A stretch of 51,806 nt of DNA from assembly GCA_044377685.1 (NCBI GenBank), contig JBILYO010000001.1:1-51806 (forward strand), given 5' to 3'. Made by a program: the position numbers and the translations under genes. The notes beneath the pieces are model-generated. The model was not told where the DNA came from. It was given only the letters and a program-made list of their open reading frames with translations, and did no database searches. Positions within the stretch are counted from its first letter, which is position 1. Each line of letters begins with the position of its first letter. Source of the stretch: Polynucleobacter sp. (GTDB taxonomy: Bacteria; Pseudomonadota; Gammaproteobacteria; Burkholderiales; Burkholderiaceae). Positions 40,940 through 51,806 of the stretch are shown in pieces.

Positions 40940-41599
40940 TCACTTACTCTTTAGTAAGTTCTGGTAAGGGCCCATGGCATCCCAGACATTCCTGAACAAG
41001 AATGTCTGTGCCTTTTCATTAGGATGAATATTGTCTGCTTGAAAGTATTCTTTTTGAGAGGCAACATCTTTTAAAAAGAATGGCAATAATTCAATACCTT
41101 CTTGATTTGTTAGTTTCGGATACATTGTTTTAAATCGATTTGTATAGTCTTGCCCATAATTGGGTGGTATTTGAATACCAAAAAGCAATACCTTTGCTCC
41201 GGATTGCTTACTCATCTGAATCATCTTGCGAAGATTTTTTTCAGTTTGATCGATCGATAACCCTCGTAATGCATCATTAACACCTAGCTCAAGAAATACA
41301 ATCCCAGGCTTTTTTTGCTTCAATAGTGTAGGTAGTCGTGTCAGACCCCCTGAGCTGGTTTCACCACTAATGCTCGCATTAAAGATAGTCCATGGGCTCC
41401 CTTGCTTTTGTAATTGATCTTCTAAAAGCTTTACCCAGCCTGTTCCGCGTAATAATCCATACTCAGCAGAGAGGCTATCTCCCATCACCAAAATAGTTGA
41501 ATTTGTCTGGGCCAATGTAACAATCGGCATAAACAGGCAAAATAGAGCCAGTTTAATAAATCCTCTTCCAAAAACACGGCAGTAATATTGTTGATTCAT
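40940..41599 (-). CDS. tesA: GDSL arylesterase/thioesterase I
   Basis: GDSLSA, NASISGETS, ELG.ND, PPNYG, DNIHPN. Confidence 0.88.
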   Translation of the reverse strand: MNQQYYCRVFGRGFIKLALFCLFMPIVTLAQTNSTILVMGDSLSAEYGLLRGTGWVKLLEDQLQKQGSPWTIFNASISGETSSGGLTRLPTLLKQKKPGIVFLELGVNDALRGLSIDQTEKNLRKMIQMSKQSGAKVLLFGIQIPPNYGQDYTNRFKTMYPKLTNQEGIELLPFFLKDVASQKEYFQADNIHPNEKAQTFLFRNVWDAMGPYQNLLKSK

Positions 41600-41628
41600 T
41601 ATTTAAGAGATAGATAGTATCGGCGTTT

Positions 41629-42303
41629 ATGAGTAATTTAGTCAAAGTTCTAAGTGCAAACCATCTGGGCAAGCAGGTAATCTCTAGCGATGGCGTACTG
41701 GCCATTTTGCACGACATTTGTTTTGATCTCTATCAAGGTGAAAGTGTTGCGATTACAGGTAGCTCAGGGTCAGGCAAAAGTACTTTATTAAGCCTTTTGG
41801 CGGGCCTAGATACCCCTACAGCCGGAAATGTTGTAATGATGGGGCAAGATCTCAATCAATTGAATGAGGATGGTCGTGCTAGCTTAAGGGCTTCCCATGT
41901 AGGCTTTGTATTTCAATCATTCCAATTACTGCCCCACTTAAATGCTTTGGAAAATGTCATGCTTCCCGCTGAACTTAAGGGAGATTTAGAAGCTAAAGAT
42001 AAAGCTACACTCTGGCTTAACAAAGTGGGACTTAAAGATCGTTTGAAGCATTTTCCAAAGACCTTATCTGGCGGGGAGCAGCAACGTGTTGCTTTAGCTC
42101 GTGCCTTTATAAATCAACCCGCTATTCTCTTTGCAGATGAGCCAACTGGTAGTTTAGATGAGGCAAGCGGCAACAGGGTCATTGACCTACTTTTTGACCT
42201 AAATCAGGCCAATCATTCAACCCTCATTCTAGTGACCCATGACCCAGCCCTAGCCAGTAGGTGTCAGCGCCAATTACAGCTCCAGGGTGGGAAATTACTG
42301 TAG
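41629..42303 (+). CDS. ybbA: ABC transporter ATP-binding protein (YbbA/LolD-like)
   Basis: GSSGSGKST, LSGGEQQRV, ADEPTG; divergent from tesA. Confidence 0.8.
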   Translation: MSNLVKVLSANHLGKQVISSDGVLAILHDICFDLYQGESVAITGSSGSGKSTLLSLLAGLDTPTAGNVVMMGQDLNQLNEDGRASLRASHVGFVFQSFQLLPHLNALENVMLPAELKGDLEAKDKATLWLNKVGLKDRLKHFPKTLSGGEQQRVALARAFINQPAILFADEPTGSLDEASGNRVIDLLFDLNQANHSTLILVTHDPALASRCQRQLQLQGGKLL

Positions 42304-42324
42304 GCAAAACCTTATAATCCAGGG

Positions 42325-45300
42325 ATGGCTTTTTTCCTCTTTTTACCTGGCGCAGATGCGCTATCCCAGTTTCGTCAACAACGACTTTTAGGCTCCTTAG
42401 TTCAGCAGGGTGTGAATCTGGAGTCTATTGAGGCTCAATATCTTCACTTTATATGGTCAGATAAAGAACTTACTCCACAACAAGAGGGGGTGCTGAATAG
42501 CTTGCTGACCTATGGACAAAAATTTGTCTCTAAGCTGCAAGTAGATAGAACTTTATTTTCTAAATCGTTCGATCAGAGTGCCATTGTCATACCGCGTTTA
42601 GGGACAGTCTCTCCGTGGGCTAGTAAAGCGACTGATATTGCTCGTCAATGCGGTTTAAGCATATTGCGTATAGAGCGTGGAATACAGTTTACGTGGCAAA
42701 GTAAAAAGTCCTTAAGTCCTGAACAAGGCTTACTTGTCTTGGCGCTTTTACAAGATCGTATGACAGAAGCAGTGATTCAATCGGTTGATGATGCAAATGC
42801 GCTTTATCAGGTTCTTGAAGATCGCCCATTAAGCCGTATTGCAGTATTAAGTGAAGGCCAATCTGCGCTTGAGAAAGCCAATACAGAATTAGGTTTAGCG
42901 CTTTCAGAAGATGAAGTTGCCTACCTTGCCGAGAGTTTTACACGTTTAGAGCGCAATCCAAGTGATGTTGAACTGATTATGTTTGCCCAAGCTAATAGCG
43001 AGCATTGTCGCCATAAGATTTTTAATTCTACGTGGACTATTGATGGGGATGATCAAGAGCGTTCATTGTTCGCCATGATTCGTAACACTCATCAACTTAA
43101 TCCAAAAGGTACGATTGTTGCTTATTCAGATAATTCGGCAGTCATGGCGGGCTGTGAAGTTGAAACTTGGTCTCCTCAAGGTGCTCAGCATTGTTACGAA
43201 AAAGGTGCCCGCCTAGTTCATACCCTAATGAAGGTTGAAACGCACAATCATCCTACTGCTATTGCTCCGTTTCCGGGTGCGTCAACAGGTGCGGGTGGTG
43301 AAATTCGCGATGAAGGGGCTACAGGCGTTGGCGGCCGTCCTAAAGCAGGGCTAACAGGATTCTCAGTATCAAATCTCCATATTCCTGGTGCAGAAATGCC
43401 ATGGGAAGCACAGCTCTATGGCAAGCCAGAGCGAATTGCCACACCCTTACAAATTATGATTGATGGACCCTTGGGTGGTGCAGCATTCAACAATGAATTC
43501 GGTAGACCAATTTTAGGTGGTTATTTCAGGGTTTTTGAACAAACCCTAGGTGGAGTTCGCCGCGGCTATCACAAGCCCATCATGATTGCTGGTGGGATCG
43601 GTAGCATTGAGTCCATTCATACAGAAAAAAAGCCAATTCAAGCTGGTCATTTATTAATACAGCTTGGTGGGCCAGGAATGCGAATTGGTATGGGCGGTGC
43701 CACAGGAAGTTCTGTAGCCACAGGAACCAATACTGCAGATTTAGATTTTGATTCAGTCCAACGAGGCAATCCAGAAATGGAGCGTCGTGCCCAAGAGGTC
43801 ATTAACGCCTGCTGTGCATTAGGCAAGAACAATCCGATCGTATCTATACATGATGTAGGTGCTGGTGGATTATCCAATGCTTTTCCTGAGCTAGCAGATG
43901 GCGCTGGTTTAGGTGCTAAATTTAAATTGCGTAATATTCCTCTGGAAGAGAGCGGTATGAGCCCCGCTGAAATTTGGTGCAATGAATCTCAGGAGCGATA
44001 CGTTTTAGCGATAGATGCTCAAGATTTGGATTTATTTAAGTCTTTATGTGAACGTGAGCGTTGCCCATTTTCTGTTGTTGGTGAGGCGACGGCAGAGCGT
44101 CAGCTTCAATTAGATGATTTTAAGCAGTTGCCAGGAAGTGATGCTGCATTACCTGTTGATATGCCCATGGAGGTATTACTTGGTAAACCGCCACGCATGC
44201 ATCGTGATGTCAAGAGGGTCGATCAAGAATTCAAAGAGCTCGATGTAACTGATGTCGATTTATCTCAAGCCATTGCATGGGTCTTACAACAACCAACTGT
44301 CGCTAGCAAATCTTTCCTTATTACGATTGGAGATAGAACTGTTGGGGGCTTAAATGCGCGTGATCAATTCGTGGGCCCTTGGCAAGTGCCAGTAGCTGAC
44401 TGCGCTGTCACATTGATGGATTACCAAGGCTATAGGGGCGAGGTAATGTCAATGGGTGAGCGAACACCTCTAGCCGTTATTGATGCACCTGCGGCTGCAC
44501 GCATGGCCGTAGGCGAAGCGATCACGAATCTATTATCTGCCGATATTGCCCATCTTCAGGATGTCAAATTATCAGCCAATTGGATGGCTGCCTGTGGCTC
44601 ACCTGGCGAAGATGCTAAGTTATATGATTCAGTTAAAGCAGTTGGAATGGAGTTATGTCCTGCTTTAGGAATATCTATTCCGGTTGGAAAAGATTCTTTG
44701 TCAATGGCCACTGAATGGCTTGATGGTAATGAGTCCAAGAAAGTAGTTGCACCAGTCTCTCTCATTATTTCTGCATTTGCCCCAGTACAGGATGTTCGAA
44801 AAACATCAACTCCATTACTCAAGCTCAAAAATCAAGACGGCTCTAGCTTAGAAACCGAATTAATCCTGATTGATTTAGGTCGTGGTAAGAACCGTATGGC
44901 TGGAAGTATCTTGGCTCAGGTATTAAATCAATCTGGTGAGTCAGCCCCTGATCTTGATAACCCAGATGATCTCAAAGTAATGGCTGCAGCCATGATTGAA
45001 CTGCGAAAAGAGAATAAATTACTGGCCTATCACGATCGCTCTGATGGTGGCCTATTAGCCTGTATAGCAGAGATGGCATTTACTTCCCATATTGGCATAT
45101 CAATCAACGTAGATATGATTGCAGTCGATGTTGATCATGAACCAGATTACGGGGATGCTAAAAACTGGTCTCAGCAAGTTTCTGGACGTCGCCATGAGCA
45201 AACTATAAGGGCTCTTTTCAGTGAAGAATTGGGAGCTGTTATTCAAGTGCGAAGAGAAGATCGAGATGCAGTATTTTCGATACTGCGTAAATTAGGTCTT

Positions 45301-46356
45301 AGCGCTTGTAGTCATGTCATAGCAAAAACCAATACTAATGGCCGCATTGAAATATGGCGTGATGCAAAGAATATCTTTGCAGAGCCTCGCGAAGTTCTCC
45401 AAAAATTATGGACCAATACCAGTTATCAAATTGCACGTTTACGCGATAACCCCGCATGTGCTGATTCTGAATTTTCTCTACTAGAGAATTTATCTGATCC
45501 CGGGATGTCACCTAAGTTAACTTTTGATCTTGCTGAGGATGTTGCAGCACCCTTCATTTCAAAGGGTACTCGCCCTAAAGTAGCCATCCTAAGGGAACAA
45601 GGGGTTAACTCTCACGTAGAAATGGCCTATGCGGTGAACATGGCTGGTTTTGATAGCTTTGATGTGCACATGTCTGATCTATTAAGTGGCAAAGCAAAGT
45701 TAGAGGATTTCCGTGGTCTGATTGCTTGTGGTGGCTTTAGTTACGGAGACGTTCTTGGTGCTGGAGAAGGTTGGGCTAAAACTATTTTATTTAATCAGCA
45801 ATTACGTGACCAGTTCTCTAGCTTTTTTAATCGTCAAGATAGCTTTGCATTGGGAGTTTGTAATGGCTGCCAAATGATGAGTAATCTATCGGGAATTATT
45901 CCTGGTGCTCAAACTTGGCCAAAGTTCACTCGCAATCAGTCTGAACAATATGAAGCACGTTTAGTGATGGTAGAAGTACTTACCTCACCATCCATCTTCA
46001 CCCAGGGCATGGAAGGGAGCCAGCTACCAATCGCTATTGCACACGGTGAAGGCTTTGCCAATTTCAGCCAACAAGGCAGCCTAGATAACTTAACAAAGCA
46101 AGGCTTAGCTACTTTACGTTTTATAGATCACCAAGGTAGACTCACTGAAGTCTACCCAATGAATCCAAATGGTTCTCCGGGCGGCCTCACTGGTGTAACT
46201 ACTCCAGACGGTCGCTTTACAGTCATGATGCCTCATCCTGAGAGGGTATTTAGAGCGGCACAAATGAGCTGGTGCCCACCTGAGTGGCTAAATACCCCAG
46301 ATGGAGCAAGCCCTTGGCTGCGCCTATTCAGAAACGCACGTCACTGGGCTAAATAA
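42325..46356 (+). CDS. purL: Phosphoribosylformylglycinamidine synthase (large type)
   Basis: [37 protein letters not shown]. Confidence 0.97.
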   Translation: MAFFLFLPGADALSQFRQQRLLGSLVQQGVNLESIEAQYLHFIWSDKELTPQQEGVLNSLLTYGQKFVSKLQVDRTLFSKSFDQSAIVIPRLGTVSPWASKATDIARQCGLSILRIERGIQFTWQSKKSLSPEQGLLVLALLQDRMTEAVIQSVDDANALYQVLEDRPLSRIAVLSEGQSALEKANTELGLALSEDEVAYLAESFTRLERNPSDVELIMFAQANSEHCRHKIFNSTWTIDGDDQERSLFAMIRNTHQLNPKGTIVAYSDNSAVMAGCEVETWSPQGAQHCYEKGARLVHTLMKVETHNHPTAIAPFPGASTGAGGEIRDEGATGVGGRPKAGLTGFSVSNLHIPGAEMPWEAQLYGKPERIATPLQIMIDGPLGGAAFNNEFGRPILGGYFRVFEQTLGGVRRGYHKPIMIAGGIGSIESIHTEKKPIQAGHLLIQLGGPGMRIGMGGATGSSVATGTNTADLDFDSVQRGNPEMERRAQEVINACCALGKNNPIVSIHDVGAGGLSNAFPELADGAGLGAKFKLRNIPLEESGMSPAEIWCNESQERYVLAIDAQDLDLFKSLCERERCPFSVVGEATAERQLQLDDFKQLPGSDAALPVDMPMEVLLGKPPRMHRDVKRVDQEFKELDVTDVDLSQAIAWVLQQPTVASKSFLITIGDRTVGGLNARDQFVGPWQVPVADCAVTLMDYQGYRGEVMSMGERTPLAVIDAPAAARMAVGEAITNLLSADIAHLQDVKLSANWMAACGSPGEDAKLYDSVKAVGMELCPALGISIPVGKDSLSMATEWLDGNESKKVVAPVSLIISAFAPVQDVRKTSTPLLKLKNQDGSSLETELILIDLGRGKNRMAGSILAQVLNQSGESAPDLDNPDDLKVMAAAMIELRKENKLLAYHDRSDGGLLACIAEMAFTSHIGISINVDMIAVDVDHEPDYGDAKNWSQQVSGRRHEQTIRALFSEELGAVIQVRREDRDAVFSILRKLGLSACSHVIAKTNTNGRIEIWRDAKNIFAEPREVLQKLWTNTSYQIARLRDNPACADSEFSLLENLSDPGMSPKLTFDLAEDVAAPFISKGTRPKVAILREQGVNSHVEMAYAVNMAGFDSFDVHMSDLLSGKAKLEDFRGLIACGGFSYGDVLGAGEGWAKTILFNQQLRDQFSSFFNRQDSFALGVCNGCQMMSNLSGIIPGAQTWPKFTRNQSEQYEARLVMVEVLTSPSIFTQGMEGSQLPIAIAHGEGFANFSQQGSLDNLTKQGLATLRFIDHQGRLTEVYPMNPNGSPGGLTGVTTPDGRFTVMMPHPERVFRAAQMSWCPPEWLNTPDGASPWLRLFRNARHWAK

Positions 46357-46367
46357 TTTTGCTTGCA

Positions 46368-47123
46368 ATGGAGCCTGTAACGTTTTCTGAAAGTGGTGGT
46401 ATTCGCTATCTTCATTTTGGTAGTGAATTAATTCAAGGGGCGATGCGAATTCATGACCCAGATGAAATCTATCTCGAATATAACCAGCAAATGATGGCAT
46501 GGTTATTGTTTTTAGAAACAAAGCCAGGAATGAAGGTTGCTCAGCTAGGTTTGGGCACCGGTGCGCTAGCTAAATTTCAGCATCGTTATTGCCCGGCGGT
46601 CAAAACTACTGTTGTTGAACTGAACCCCGCAGTAATCATAGCGGCAAGATCAATGTTTTTTACACCTGATGATGATCGCAGGCTTGAAACTCTCCAGGTA
46701 GACGCTCAAGTATTTGTGAGAGCCAGTAAAAATAGAGCTCAGTTTGACGCAGTTCAGGTAGATCTTTACGATGCTATCTGTGACGGACCTGCTGCAAGTT
46801 CGCTAGATTTTTATAAAGGCTGTTATAGCATTCTGGATGAGCCAGGTGTTATGACAGTTAATCTATTCTCACGCCATAAAAGTTTTGGTATCAATCTCAA
46901 GAATATTTGTAAAGCTTTTAATAATCGAGTTTTATTGTTCCCAGAGTCACATGATTGCAATGTTGTTGCCATCGCTTTTAAGGGCCCTAAGCTTGAGGTG
47001 GAATGGAGAGATGTTTCTAAACGCGCCAAAGTTATTTTAGATAAAACTGACCTACCAACTAATAAGTGGGTCTTAGGTATTAGTCGCGAAAATGCACGAC
47101 AGGAAAATAAGCTATGTATATAA
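46368..47123 (+). CDS. Spermidine-synthase-like SAM-dependent methyltransferase-fold protein
   Basis: RYLHFG...QGAM, QLGLGTG, VELNP, VDLYD. Confidence 0.75.
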   Translation: MEPVTFSESGGIRYLHFGSELIQGAMRIHDPDEIYLEYNQQMMAWLLFLETKPGMKVAQLGLGTGALAKFQHRYCPAVKTTVVELNPAVIIAARSMFFTPDDDRRLETLQVDAQVFVRASKNRAQFDAVQVDLYDAICDGPAASSLDFYKGCYSILDEPGVMTVNLFSRHKSFGINLKNICKAFNNRVLLFPESHDCNVVAIAFKGPKLEVEWRDVSKRAKVILDKTDLPTNKWVLGISRENARQENKLCI

Positions 47124-47137
47124 GAATTCAACATAGT

Positions 47138-47167
47138 AAAAAGGCGATCAACTGATCGCCTTTTTTT
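47138..47167. terminator. Bidirectional Rho-independent terminator
   Basis: AAAAAGGCGATCA-AC-TGATCGCCTTTTTTT between convergent genes. Confidence 0.88.
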
Positions 47168-47199
47168 CAAACTATTACTAGGTTTTTAGACATTGCATA

Positions 47200-49785
47200 T
47201 TAAACGGATACAGTGTCAGCAACGTCGCTAAATGATTTGATTTTATCAAAGCTCATGTATCTATAAACATCGCTAGCCTTTGCATCGAGAGCCTTTACTT
47301 GTTCTAAGTACTCAGCAGGTGTAGGTAGTCGACCTAAAAGGGCGGCTACAGCAGCCAATTCAGCAGAAGCCAAATACACGCGCGTATCAATACCTAAGCG
47401 GTTAGGGAAGTTACGTGTAGAAGTGGACACCGCTGTAGAGCCTTTGCGGATCTGCGCCTGGTTACCCATACAGAGTGAGCAACCTGGACTTTCCATACGA
47501 GCACCAGCTGCACCTAACATACCGTAGTAACCTTCTTCCATTAGGATCATGGCGTCCATCTTAGTTGGGGGTGCTACCCATAAGCGGGTCGGCATATCCT
47601 TCTTGCCTTGCAATACTTGACCGGCAGCGCGGAAGTGGCCAATATTTGTCATGCATGATCCTATGAAGACTTCATCAATCTTATCACCAGCAACTTCAGA
47701 TAATATCTTCACATCATCTGGATCGTTAGGGCATGCCAGGATTGGTTCTTTAATCTCATCAATATTGATTTCGATGATTTCAGCATAGTCTGCATTCTCA
47801 TCCGCCTTGAGTAGCTGCGGATTAGCAATCCATGCCTGCATGGCTTTGATACGACGGCCTAATGTACGCTTATCCTCATAGCCATTTGCAATCATCCACT
47901 TCATTAAAGTGATGTTGGACTGCATGTACTCAATGATAGGTTCTTTGTTCAAATGAACCGTGCAACCACCAGCAGAACGTTCGGCTGAGGCGTCTGATAA
48001 CTCAAATGCTTGCTCAACCTTGAGATCTGGTAATCCCTCTATTTCAAGAATGCGACCAGAGAAGATATTTTTTTTGCCTTGCTTTGCAACAGTAAGTAAT
48101 CCCTTTTTTATTGCATACAAAGGAATTGCATTAACGAGATCTCGTAAAGTAATGCCAGGCTGCATTTTTCCTTTGAAACGAATCAAAACTGATTCAGGCA
48201 TATCTAAGGGCATCACGCCAGTAGCAGCTGCAAATGCAACTAAGCCAGAACCCGCAGGAAAAGAGATGCCAATTGGAAAGCGTGTATGGCTGTCACCACC
48301 AGTGCCACAGGTATCAGGTAGTAACAAGCGATTTAACCAGCTATGAATCACGCCATCACCTGGACGTAATGCAACGCCGCCACGATTAGTCATGAATGGG
48401 GGTAGCTCATGTTGCGTACGAATATCAACTGGTTTTGGATAAGCGGAGGTGTGGCAAAAAGACTGCATCACGAGGTCTGATGAGAAGCCTAAGCAAGCCA
48501 AGTCCTTTAATTCATCACGAGTCATTGGCCCCGTTGTATCTTGCGATCCAACAGTTGTCATGTGAGGTTCACAATAAGTGCCAGGACGAACCCCTTGACC
48601 CTCGGGCAAACCACAAGCTCGACCAACCATTTTTTGGGCTAAGCTAAAACCTTTGCTGTTATCAGGTGGACTTATAGGTACCCTGAAATCAGTTGAGGCC
48701 GGGAGGCCAAGTGCTGCACGTGCTTTGGCTGTTAAACCACGGCCGACGATCAACGGAATACGACCGCCTGCACGGACTTCATCAAGAATTACTGGTGATT
48801 TTAGAGCAAAAGTCGTGATTTCTTGACCATTTTTAAATACTTTACCTTCGTATGGACGTAGCTCAATTTCATCACCCATGTTCATCTGAGTCACATCTAA
48901 CTCAATTGGCAAAGCACCAGAGTCTTCCATGGTATTAAAGAAGATCGGAGCAATATTTCCTCCTAAACATACCCCACCAAAACGTTTGTTAGGCACAAAG
49001 GGAATATCTTGGCCGGTCCACCAAAGTACAGAATTCGTAGCTGATTTACGTGAAGAGCCGGTCCCCACAACATCGCCTACATAAGCTATTTGGTTGCCCT
49101 TTTTCTGTAAAGTAGCAATCTGTTTCATTGGACCTCGAACCCCAGACTCATCAGGATCAATTCCAGGGCGGGGATTTTTGAGCATGATGGTGGCATGCAG
49201 CGGAATATCAGGACGGCTCCACGCATCTGGAGCAGGTGAAAGATCATCAGTATTGGTTTCACCAGTAACTTTGAAAACTGTGAGTTTCATATTTTCTGGA
49301 ACTGCAGGGCGACTTGTAAACCATTCAGCATCTGCCCAGCTCTTCATTACTGCATTTGCATTTGCATTCCCTTTTTCTGCAAGTTCTTGTACGTCATTAA
49401 AGTAGTCAAACATTAAGAGGGTTTTTTTTAACGCTTCTGCTGCATAAGTACCGCATTCAGCATCTGACAGTAACTCAACCAGTGGCTTAATGTTGTAGCC
49501 GCCCAGCATGGTTCCAAGTAGTTCAGTAGCTTTGATTTTTGAGATCAAAGGAGACTTTTTTGTCCCTCTAGCAACTGCATCTAAAAATTCAGCTTTCACC
49601 TTGGCAGCCTCATCAACACCTGCTGGCACACGATTAGTAATTAATTCAACTAACTCAGACTCCTTACCAGCCGGTGGATTTATTAACATTTTGACCAATT
49701 CAGCAGTTTGATCCTTGCTTAATGGGAGGGCTGGAATGCCAAGGGCTGCTCGTTCAGCAACATGGGCGTTGTACGCTTCAAACAT
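47200..49785 (-). CDS. acnB: Aconitate hydratase B
   Basis: HEAT-like N-terminus ([10 protein letters not shown]), [33 protein letters not shown]. Confidence 0.97.
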   Translation of the reverse strand: MFEAYNAHVAERAALGIPALPLSKDQTAELVKMLINPPAGKESELVELITNRVPAGVDEAAKVKAEFLDAVARGTKKSPLISKIKATELLGTMLGGYNIKPLVELLSDAECGTYAAEALKKTLLMFDYFNDVQELAEKGNANANAVMKSWADAEWFTSRPAVPENMKLTVFKVTGETNTDDLSPAPDAWSRPDIPLHATIMLKNPRPGIDPDESGVRGPMKQIATLQKKGNQIAYVGDVVGTGSSRKSATNSVLWWTGQDIPFVPNKRFGGVCLGGNIAPIFFNTMEDSGALPIELDVTQMNMGDEIELRPYEGKVFKNGQEITTFALKSPVILDEVRAGGRIPLIVGRGLTAKARAALGLPASTDFRVPISPPDNSKGFSLAQKMVGRACGLPEGQGVRPGTYCEPHMTTVGSQDTTGPMTRDELKDLACLGFSSDLVMQSFCHTSAYPKPVDIRTQHELPPFMTNRGGVALRPGDGVIHSWLNRLLLPDTCGTGGDSHTRFPIGISFPAGSGLVAFAAATGVMPLDMPESVLIRFKGKMQPGITLRDLVNAIPLYAIKKGLLTVAKQGKKNIFSGRILEIEGLPDLKVEQAFELSDASAERSAGGCTVHLNKEPIIEYMQSNITLMKWMIANGYEDKRTLGRRIKAMQAWIANPQLLKADENADYAEIIEINIDEIKEPILACPNDPDDVKILSEVAGDKIDEVFIGSCMTNIGHFRAAGQVLQGKKDMPTRLWVAPPTKMDAMILMEEGYYGMLGAAGARMESPGCSLCMGNQAQIRKGSTAVSTSTRNFPNRLGIDTRVYLASAELAAVAALLGRLPTPAEYLEQVKALDAKASDVYRYMSFDKIKSFSDVADTVSV

Positions 49786-49853
49786 AATGTTTCCTATGAG
49801 GTAATGGTATTCAATAGAAAGGCTAAAAGAGGGATTTTCTCCCGCTTATGCCG

Positions 49854-49885
49854 ATTATAGTTACTAAATTAAGTCTTATATAAGA
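49854..49885 (-). promoter_or_regulatory. acnB -10 box (TATAAT) with the palindromic operator TCTTATATAAGA over the -35 position
   Basis: ATTATA at 49854-49859; perfect 12-bp palindrome at 49874-49885 resembling the core of the betaproteobacterial TCA-cycle GntR/HutC (SdhR) motif. Confidence 0.65.
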
Positions 49886-49960
49886 GTTTAAGCACCTAAA
49901 ATGCTTTAAATAGGGTCTTTAGCGATATTTCAGTCTATCTAGGTAAATCTGGTCTAGCGC

Positions 49961-50149
49961 TTACAAGACTTGCTCAGCCTTAAGCGCCCAAACTAAGGCG
50001 ACTACCCAACCGATCAAAGACCACCCTAGAAATAGATTTAAGGTAAATATAGCCCCTGTATTTGCCCTTTTTCTATTGAATGCAATAGCAAAGGGGAGTA
50101 AATAGAAAAGTGAGAGCAGGGTGATAAAGATTGCAAAAAGGAGGCGCAT
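49961..50149 (-). CDS. Superinfection immunity protein (T4 Imm-like small membrane protein)
   Basis: Family pattern Y.LP..IA..R.......IF.LNLFLGW.LIGWVVALVWA in a 62-aa hydrophobic protein. Confidence 0.85.
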   Translation of the reverse strand: MRLLFAIFITLLSLFYLLPFAIAFNRKRANTGAIFTLNLFLGWSLIGWVVALVWALKAEQVL

Positions 50150-50259
50150 TTGGGCTAAAAATTAGGAAAATTTAAGAATTATCCTACGTTATTACTCTTT
50201 TTTGATTTTCCGTGGGATTTTTAGGTGTCGTTATAATTACTATTTCCAACAGAGCTTAA

Positions 50260-51806
<1,547 letters not shown>

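Noticed and set aside
49351-49368. Short TGCATT tandem repeat in acnB
   Set aside because: It encodes an Asn-Ala run in frame and is too short to suggest a contingency locus.

Overview
Dense, mostly housekeeping chromosomal segment of a fairly AT-rich betaproteobacterium. Gene order and protein style point to Polynucleobacter (Burkholderiaceae); this is an inference, not a database result. Left to right: 3' end of parC; an xdhC/mocA-like + ridA + VWA + MoxR cluster divergent from two monoheme cytochromes c; a GntR-controlled methylmalonyl-CoA/propionyl-CoA operon (scpA-meaB-pccB-pccA-VOC); tsaB-rimI and a psi/UDG-like ORF; lplT, alr, bamD, rluD, pgeF; a PHA locus (phaC-phaB-phaR-rimO-bktB, no phaA); serB, mfd, ispDF; tRNA-Leu, tig-clpP-clpX-lon, tRNA-Val and a PpiD lacking its rotamase domain; tesA/ybbA, purL, a spermidine-synthase-like methyltransferase, acnB; a solitary phage Imm-type superinfection immunity gene; and the 5' part of pyrG. 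I see no CRISPR array, rRNA, integrase or transposase. The best leads are the solitary Imm gene, the MoxR/VWA-Moco-maturation-cytochrome cluster with a perfect FNR box, the HolD/UDG4 intermediate protein, a PhaR-like box shared by phaR and scpA, a long stem enclosing tRNA-Leu, and frequent leaderless/bidirectional promoters.
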